From contig JAPHSS010000022.1 in NCBI GenBank assembly GCA_026195255.1, positions 16,599-80,598 of the forward strand: a stretch of DNA of 64,000 bases, in the 5' to 3' direction. The notes under the pieces were generated by a model. It made no database searches. It had not been told where the DNA came from and was given only the letters and a program-made list of their open reading frames with translations. Every line of letters begins with the position of its first letter. The first letter of the stretch is position 1. The translations under genes and the position numbers were made by a program. Below, one piece after another: positions 57,224 through 64,000 of the stretch. This stretch comes from Gammaproteobacteria bacterium. GTDB taxonomy: Bacteria > Pseudomonadota > Gammaproteobacteria > SZUA-229.

Positions 57224-59911
57224 ATGATAACAATCGACTTAAAATCTTTAGTTGGTAAACTAAATGATTCATGCCGTACTGCACTAGAAGGTGCTGCAGG
57301 TATCTGTATGGCTCGCACACATTACAATATAGAGATAGAACACTGGTTGTTAAAATTACTAGAGTTACCGGATAGTGATATCACTGCACTCTTAGAAAAG
57401 TTTGAAATTAATCCGGGTAAGTTAATTGAAGATATAAATAATGAACTTGATAAAGTTAAATCAGGCAATACACGGGCACCGGCTCTATCACCAACAGTAG
57501 TTGATCTGGCAAAAAATGCCTGGATGTTAGCTTCTGTTGAATATGCACACCCACAGGCAACTTCAGCACATATCCTGGCAGCACTAATGTTAGATGAAAG
57601 TCTGCGTCGCTCTACAAATATTACATCCGGTGAATTAAAGAAGATTGCACCTGAATCTTTACGCGCGGTTTTACCGAGTATTGTAGGCAGCACATCTGAA
57701 TCTGTTTCCGCAGGCATAGGTGATACTTCATCTTCAGATGGTTCTGCACCTGCTGGGCCTACGAACACGCCATCACTTGATAAGTTTACAGTCAACCTGA
57801 CCGAAGATGCTAGAAACGGCAAGATTGATGCCGTATTAGGTCGAGATGAGGAAGTTAGACAAATTATTGATATCTTAACTCGACGTCGACAGAACAACCC
57901 TATTCTTACGGGTGAAGCCGGTGTTGGTAAAACGGCTGTAGTAGAAGGTTTTGCATTACGTATTGCATCTGGTGATGTGCCGGACATCTTAAAAGGGGTA
58001 TCAGTACGCAGTCTTGACTTAGGTTTATTGCAAGCAGGTGCCAGTGTAAAAGGTGAATTTGAAAACAGGTTAAAATCAGTAATAGCTGAAGTTAAAGCCT
58101 CACCTGATCCAATCATTATGTTTATAGATGAAGCTCACACCTTAATTGGTGCGGGTGGTAAAGAAGGACAGGGAGATGCGGCTAACTTGTTAAAACCCGC
58201 ACTTGCACGTGGTGAGTTACGCACTATCGCGGCAACAACCTGGGCTGAGTATAAAAAATATTTTGAACGTGACCCCGCCCTTACCCGTCGTTTCCAGGTT
58301 GTAAAAGTTGAAGAACCCGATGAAACAAAAGCTATTAATATGATGCGCTCAATCTCGGTTATGCTGGCAAACCATCACGGTGTACGCATTATGGACGAGG
58401 CTATAATTGATTCTGTAAAATTATCTAGCCGTTATATAACTGCTCGTCAATTACCTGATAAGTCAGTGAGTTTGTTAGATACTGCCTGTGCGAGAGTTTC
58501 CTTAAGCCAAAGCACAACACCTTCAGCGATTGAAGATACCCGCAGACAGATTACCCAGCATGAAACCAATATCATTTCACTCGAGCGTGAAAATGCTACT
58601 CTGGGTAATTGTGATGAGCGTATCGCTGAAATCACCACTGAAAAAGAACAGCTTGAAAAAGATTTAGAAACTCAAACGGCTCAATGGGAAAAAGAGCGCC
58701 TCATTGTTGATGAGATTCATGACTTACAGGCCAAAATTGAAGATGATTTTCATGCTCAGGCCTTACCAGAAGAAAAATTAAAAGAAGAAGGTGCACCTAA
58801 AAAACTGGATGTCGCAGAGCGTGAAGATATTAAAGCTGAGCTTCACGCAAAAATGGATGCATTAACAGAATTACAGGGTGAAAGCCCGTTAATTCAGGTT
58901 AATGTCGATAGTCAGGCGATTGCAGAAGTGGTGGCTAACTGGACAGGTATTCCGGTTGGTAAAATGGTATCTGATGAAATTAGTAATATTCTTGATCTTC
59001 AAAATGTACTGGCTAAACGAGTTATTGGTCAGAAGCATGGTCTTGAAGCTATTGCCCAGGCAATAAGAACTTCCCGCGCAGGTTTAACCGATCCGCGTAA
59101 ACCTATTGGTGTTTTCTTTTTAGTTGGTTCAAGTGGTGTCGGTAAAACCGAAACCGCACTGGCAGTTGCCGACCTGTTATATGGCGGTGAACAGAATATA
59201 ACGACTATCAATATGTCCGAGTTTAAAGAAGAACATAAAGTTTCTATGTTATTAGGCTCGCCTCCAGGTTATGTTGGTTATGGTGAAGGTGGCGTTTTAA
59301 CCGAAGCGGTTCGTCGTAAACCTTATAGTGTGATTCTGTTAGATGAGATGGAAAAGGCGCATCCGGGTGTGCAGGACATTTTCTACAATCTTTTAGATAA
59401 AGGCACCATTAAAGATGGTGAAGGTCGTGATATAGATTTTCGCAATACAGTAATCATAATGACGTCTAATGCAGGTGAAGAGCATATTAGAGCCATGTGT
59501 GCCGCCGGTGAAGAACTGCCTGAACCAGATGTATTATTAGATAATTTCCGTCCGCAATTATTACAGTATTTCAAACCTGCCTTCCTGGGTAGAACAACGG
59601 TTATACCTTATTATCCATTAAGTGATGAAGACTTACTTAAAATATGCAAAATCAATATGAACCGTATTGAAAAGCGTATTAAAGATCACTATGCAGCTAG
59701 TTTCTCTTATGATGAAGATCTGATGTTACACATAGTAGCCAGAAGTCAGGAAGTGGATACAGGGGCCAGAAATATAGAAAATATTTTGACTCGTACAATG
59801 TTGCCAGAAATGGCGTCTGAGTGTTTATCTAAAATTGCTGAAGGCAGTGAAATAAACAGGATACATGTAACCGTAACTGATGAAGGTAAATTTGGTTACG
59901 AAATTAGCTAA
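57224..59911 (+). CDS. tssH: T6SS AAA+ ATPase TssH/ClpV
   Basis: L..LV.KLN, RRRQNNPIL.GEAGVGKT, FIDEAH, RQLPDK.V.LLDTAC, GSSGVGKTET, GSPPGYVGYGEGG, LLDE.EKAH. Confidence 0.98.
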   Translation: MITIDLKSLVGKLNDSCRTALEGAAGICMARTHYNIEIEHWLLKLLELPDSDITALLEKFEINPGKLIEDINNELDKVKSGNTRAPALSPTVVDLAKNAWMLASVEYAHPQATSAHILAALMLDESLRRSTNITSGELKKIAPESLRAVLPSIVGSTSESVSAGIGDTSSSDGSAPAGPTNTPSLDKFTVNLTEDARNGKIDAVLGRDEEVRQIIDILTRRRQNNPILTGEAGVGKTAVVEGFALRIASGDVPDILKGVSVRSLDLGLLQAGASVKGEFENRLKSVIAEVKASPDPIIMFIDEAHTLIGAGGKEGQGDAANLLKPALARGELRTIAATTWAEYKKYFERDPALTRRFQVVKVEEPDETKAINMMRSISVMLANHHGVRIMDEAIIDSVKLSSRYITARQLPDKSVSLLDTACARVSLSQSTTPSAIEDTRRQITQHETNIISLERENATLGNCDERIAEITTEKEQLEKDLETQTAQWEKERLIVDEIHDLQAKIEDDFHAQALPEEKLKEEGAPKKLDVAEREDIKAELHAKMDALTELQGESPLIQVNVDSQAIAEVVANWTGIPVGKMVSDEISNILDLQNVLAKRVIGQKHGLEAIAQAIRTSRAGLTDPRKPIGVFFLVGSSGVGKTETALAVADLLYGGEQNITTINMSEFKEEHKVSMLLGSPPGYVGYGEGGVLTEAVRRKPYSVILLDEMEKAHPGVQDIFYNLLDKGTIKDGEGRDIDFRNTVIIMTSNAGEEHIRAMCAAGEELPEPDVLLDNFRPQLLQYFKPAFLGRTTVIPYYPLSDEDLLKICKINMNRIEKRIKDHYAASFSYDEDLMLHIVARSQEVDTGARNIENILTRTMLPEMASECLSKIAEGSEINRIHVTVTDEGKFGYEIS

Positions 59912-59921
59912 CACTTAGATG

Positions 59922-59958
59922 AGAGCCCCGGATTATGTTGAAAAAAGTGCCAGGGCTC
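59922..59958 (+). terminator. Hairpin after tssH
   Basis: agagccccgg ... ccagggctct imperfect stem. Confidence 0.4.
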
Positions 59959-60415
59959 TTGCTAAAATAGTTATGTATTCTGTGAATATATAAACTTAAA
60001 CTAAATTAGCCCCGACATCCGAGAATCTTTTATCGGTCTTTTTTGGCTTATAATATTTATATTTTATTCAATTATATCAATTAGATACGATACTTTCTTA
60101 ATTTAGTTTATTATATCTATGTATTTACGATTAATACTATTAACTCATCTCAAACAACTGTTTCTCAGGCACCATCACCTTACTGGTTTCAATCATTATT
60201 AATGTGCAGAATAAAATCAGAAAAATACACTATTTTTCTTGTTCATCAATAATGATTACCCAGACCAGGTCTTTAGCAGCATAATTTTTATAAGCTCATT
60301 TGCCATAACCAAGGCAGAAAAACCTCATTATAAACAAACCAAACATCGTACATTTACGATTTTTATATAGCTCTAAATTATCACACGTTGAGTCGAATCA
60401 GGATGATTTTAGATT

Positions 60416-60429
60416 TTGACCTGAGTCAA
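60416..60429. promoter_or_regulatory. CRP/FNR-family box upstream of ppdK
   Basis: TTGAC-CTGA-GTCAA symmetric site 74-87 bp before the start codon. Confidence 0.55.
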
Positions 60430-60502
60430 TATGACTTTCCTGATTATGACTGACAATGAGTCAGTAACTTGAATTCTCAGTATTTCTTTAAAGGAAGATT
60501 AG

Positions 60503-63289
60503 ATGGCAACTAACCCCGTAAATACTTCTTATGTTTTTTCATTTAAAGATGGAGATGGTAAAAATAAGTCTCTTTTAGGCGGTAAAGGTGCAAACCTATG
60601 TGAAATGACCCAAATAGGTATTAACGTACCACCGGGTTTTGTTATTAGTACTGATGCCTGCCTGAGTTACCTTGAAACTGAAAATAAAGATTTACCGTCA
60701 GATTTAATGGATCAGGTGAACAGCCAGATAAAATTACTTGAAAAAGAAACCGGTAAAAAATTTGGTGATGCCGACAATATGTTGCTGTTATCAGTGCGCT
60801 CCGGTTCTGCCCTGTCAATGCCTGGAATGATGGATACTATTCTTAATCTTGGGCTAAATTCAAAAACATTACCCGGCTTGATAAAACTGACTGGAAATAA
60901 ACGTTTTGCATGGGACGCTTATCGACGCTTTATACAACTATTCGGTAAAGTTGCATTAGGTATTTCAGATGAAAAATTTGATAATCCATTTGATGCTATA
61001 AAAAAACGTGAAGGCGTTACTGAAGATACGGATCTTTCTGCTGAAAACTTTCGTGAAATAAGTAATCTGTTTCTAGAGATAGTAGAAGCAGAAACAGGTA
61101 ATCCTTTTCCTGAAGATGTTTACGAACAATTGCAATTATCCATCAAGGCCGTATTTAATTCATGGCTGGGTAAACGTGCTATAGATTACCGTCGTGAATT
61201 TAAAATCACACCGCAAATGGCCAATGGTACAGCGGTTAATATTCAAACCATGGTGTTTGGAAATATGGGTGATAACTGCGCCACTGGTGTAGGTTTTACA
61301 CGTAATCCTGGTACCGGTGAAAATGTCATGTTTGGCGAGTTTCTTATAAATGCCCAGGGTGAAGATGTAGTTGCAGGCATTCGCACACCAAAACCTGTAC
61401 ATGAGTTGGCTAATGATATGCCGCAAATGTACAAGGAGTTAGTCGCCTTACGAGACAGACTGGAAAATCATTATAAAGAAGTACAGGATTATGAATACAC
61501 CATTGAAAATGGTGTTCTCTTTTGCCTGCAAACCCGTGATGGAAAAATGAATGCCACTGCCCGTGTTCGTACTTCACTGGAAATGACCAATGAAGGTTTA
61601 ATTACTCGTAAGGCAGCTCTGTTACGAATTGAGCCTGAACAACTTGAACAATTACTTCATCCGCGCCTCGACCCTGAATCTAAACAAATGCCTATCGCAC
61701 ATGGTTTGCCCGCTTCACCAGGTGCCGCTTCGGGACAAATTGTATTTGACGCAGATCGTGCTGAACTGGCACGCGATGCAGGTGAAAAAGTCATCCTGGT
61801 ACGCGAAGAAACGAAACCGGATGATATCCACGGTTTTTTTGCAGCTGAAGGTGTACTTACTAGTCGCGGCGGAAAAACTTCACATGCGGCTGTTGTCGCT
61901 CGAGGCATGGGTAAACCCTGTGTAGCGGGAGCTGAAGGTATTGACGTTGATGTCGAAAAACATATTGCCCGGGTAGGCAATACTGTACTGCATGAAGGTG
62001 ACGTTATTACCATCGATGGTGCAAACGGTAATGTATATTGTGGTGCAATCGATATGGTTCCGCCGAAGTTCTCGGACGAACTTCGTACACTGCTTAAATG
62101 GGCGGATGAAATAGCAACATTAAAAATAATGAGCAATGCCGATTCAATAGAAGCCGCTACCCAGGCAATAGATTACGGAGCTATGGGCATTGGTTTATGT
62201 CGTACTGAAAGAATGTTTAATGCACAGGATCGTCTACCACTGGTTATTGATATGATTCTGGCAAAAGATAAAACAGAACGTAAAGCAGCACTGGATATAT
62301 TAAGACCAATACAACGTGCCGATTTTAAAGATCTGTTTAAAATTATGTCGCCAAGACCCGTAACCATTCGCTTGCTTGATCCACCTATACACGAGTTCCT
62401 GCCTAATGAAAAACAACTCGAAGAAGAAATTGAACATTTAAGATGCCTGAAAGATACAGTTAGCGGTGTTAATGATTTAATGAAAACAATGCAGCTTTTA
62501 AAACGCAAGGCAGATGTTAAAGCGATGCCTAAACCATTTGGTCCGGGTGGCCGCGAACTAGTGGAATCAGCCATCTTAAAAAAACAGCAGATGTTAATAA
62601 AGGTGCGTGAATTATTTGAGGTCAATCCGATGCTGGGGCATCGTGGTGTAAGACTTGGTATTACCTATCCTGAAATATACGAAATGCAGGTTCGTGCAAT
62701 ACTTGAAGCTGCTGCAGAGTGTAATAATGAAGGTTTTTCAGTTTGTCCAGAAATCATGGTGCCGCAGGTTTGTACCGGTAAGGAGCTGTTATGGGTAAGA
62801 AATATCGTAGATGATGTACACGCCGATCTAGAAACTCAATATGATACTAAACTTAAATTTAAATTTGGTTCGATGATAGAAGTGGTGCGTGCCTGTATGC
62901 GTGCAGGCAGGTTAGCAGAAAATGCTGAGTTCTTCTCCTTTGGCACTAATGATTTGACACAGTCATGCTTCTCATTCTCACGTGAGGATGCAGAAAATAA
63001 ATTTCTGCCACTGTATGAAGAAAATAATATTCTTCAGGATAATCCATTTGAAAGGCTGGATGTTAAAGGCGTTGGACGTCTTATGGAAATTGCCGTCAAC
63101 TGGGGTCGAAAAACCAACCCTGATTTAAAAGTTGGTATATGTGGTGAACAGGGAGGGCATCCTGAATCTATCCGTTTCTGTCATCATATTAACTTAAGTT
63201 ACGTTTCCTGTTCTGCTCCCCGTATACCTATTGCACGACTGGCAGCCGCACAGGCTAAACTGACAGAAGATGAATATATGCCAGAATAG
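60503..63289 (+). CDS. ppdK: Pyruvate, phosphate dikinase
   Basis: LLGGKGANL.EM, VSVRSG-like LSVRSGS..SMPGMMDT.LN, NAQGEDVVAGIRTP, GGKTSHAAVVARG, GIGLCRTE, FSFGTNDLTQ, GICGE.GG. Confidence 0.97.
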   Translation: MATNPVNTSYVFSFKDGDGKNKSLLGGKGANLCEMTQIGINVPPGFVISTDACLSYLETENKDLPSDLMDQVNSQIKLLEKETGKKFGDADNMLLLSVRSGSALSMPGMMDTILNLGLNSKTLPGLIKLTGNKRFAWDAYRRFIQLFGKVALGISDEKFDNPFDAIKKREGVTEDTDLSAENFREISNLFLEIVEAETGNPFPEDVYEQLQLSIKAVFNSWLGKRAIDYRREFKITPQMANGTAVNIQTMVFGNMGDNCATGVGFTRNPGTGENVMFGEFLINAQGEDVVAGIRTPKPVHELANDMPQMYKELVALRDRLENHYKEVQDYEYTIENGVLFCLQTRDGKMNATARVRTSLEMTNEGLITRKAALLRIEPEQLEQLLHPRLDPESKQMPIAHGLPASPGAASGQIVFDADRAELARDAGEKVILVREETKPDDIHGFFAAEGVLTSRGGKTSHAAVVARGMGKPCVAGAEGIDVDVEKHIARVGNTVLHEGDVITIDGANGNVYCGAIDMVPPKFSDELRTLLKWADEIATLKIMSNADSIEAATQAIDYGAMGIGLCRTERMFNAQDRLPLVIDMILAKDKTERKAALDILRPIQRADFKDLFKIMSPRPVTIRLLDPPIHEFLPNEKQLEEEIEHLRCLKDTVSGVNDLMKTMQLLKRKADVKAMPKPFGPGGRELVESAILKKQQMLIKVRELFEVNPMLGHRGVRLGITYPEIYEMQVRAILEAAAECNNEGFSVCPEIMVPQVCTGKELLWVRNIVDDVHADLETQYDTKLKFKFGSMIEVVRACMRAGRLAENAEFFSFGTNDLTQSCFSFSREDAENKFLPLYEENNILQDNPFERLDVKGVGRLMEIAVNWGRKTNPDLKVGICGEQGGHPESIRFCHHINLSYVSCSAPRIPIARLAAAQAKLTEDEYMPE

Positions 63290-63462
63290 TGCACGAAATA
63301 ATTAAGAATCCGGTATTCAGTAACTCGAATAAGGAGAATAATATAATGAATATTCTTTTATAAACATATAAATAGTATAAGTTAAACTGTTTTGTTTTTA
63401 TTTATAAGGTTTTACATATAAAATTTAATCCACGATCAACAAAACAATAAAGGGTGAAAGTT

Positions 63463-63726
63463 ATGGCGACTATAAAAAAAGCAGCATCTAAGAAAAAAGC
63501 GGTTAAAAAAAAAGCAGCACCAAAAAAAGCAGCAGGTAAAAAAAAGGCAGCTGATAGAAAAATCAAAGTTACACTTGAGCAGAGACATAAAATGATATGT
63601 GAGGCTGCCTATTATATCTCACTTGAAAAGACCTATGAAACGGTTAACCCGACAGAAGACTGGTTAGAAGCAGAAGCCTTCATAAATAAAATATGTACCG
63701 TGCACAGTAAAAAGATGACTAAATAG
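63463..63726 (+). CDS. DUF2934-like protein with Lys/Ala-rich N-terminal tail
   Basis: KKAA repeats then R...I.EAAY......DW..AE..I pattern; ATG 63463 after AGGGTG. Confidence 0.72.
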   Translation: MATIKKAASKKKAVKKKAAPKKAAGKKKAADRKIKVTLEQRHKMICEAAYYISLEKTYETVNPTEDWLEAEAFINKICTVHSKKMTK

Positions 63727-64000
63727 TTTTCTGATCAGCCTGCTACCGCAGTCTATTAACTTACTGTTAAAACCTGAGTGGCTTTTTATATAGTATTATG
63801 TGTATTGATAATCACAGGAAACGGACTTCTTTCAGGAATTATAAAGGCAGTGATTTTATGAGTTAGCCTCTGATCGTTTTCAAAACATAATTAAAATTGG
63901 CTACTATTGTTAACTCACGGTTATTATCAAATTCAGTTATGCTCAGATTTTAGAGTTTTATGTAATGAAATAACCTGTTTTTATGTTTGTTGGCCATCAC

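Noticed and set aside
57322-58116. 264-aa antisense ORF within tssH (also the antisense ORFs in cbbL, coxA, tssB/C, the TonB-like gene and ppdK)
   Set aside because: Shadow frames of well-conserved genes with no motifs or RBS
59912-60502. Hidden hcp/PAAR gene or pseudogene after tssH
   Set aside because: AT-rich, only short ORFs, no Hcp- or PAAR-like translation recognised
63727-64000. Gene at the right edge of the window
   Set aside because: Only very short frames on either strand; cannot be supported from this window

Overview
A 64-kb, AT-rich chromosomal segment, most likely from a chemolithoautotrophic gammaproteobacterium (inferred from gene content). Left to right: (1) form I RuBisCO (cbbL, 5' end of cbbS) with divergent cbbR; (2) an unusual AmmeMemoRadiSam-type radical SAM gene paired with a YggX homologue; (3) a TonB-dependent receptor / BNR-repeat protein / CxxC thioredoxin-like protein / TonB operon, preceded by a perfect 36-bp palindrome and a ~190-nt hairpin element; (4) ATP-grasp and IscA/HesB genes; (5) an aa3-type cytochrome c oxidase cluster with assembly factors, interleaved with the O2-independent ubiquinone genes ubiU/ubiV/ubiT and several FNR boxes; (6) a REP/MITE-like repeat patch, ytoQ and queA-tgt-yajC-secD-secF; (7) a ~24-kb type VI secretion locus (tagH-tssJKLM-tagF-pppA-ppkA divergent from tssA-B-C1-C2-E-F-G-H) with no hcp, vgrG or PAAR in the window, whose regulatory arm is followed on the same strand by a small ORF and an ExbB-ExbD-ExbD-TonB(AgmX/PglI-type) motor module; (8) ppdK and a DUF2934-like gene. 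The best candidates for undescribed biology are the T6SS-adjacent Agl/Glt-like motor with an asymmetric (Asp/Asn) ExbD pair, the repeated D-x-T motifs across the T6SS kinase/TssL/PppA, and the putative Cys/His-based metal (copper?) uptake operon with its upstream structured DNA. All calls come from motif recognition by eye; no searches were run.
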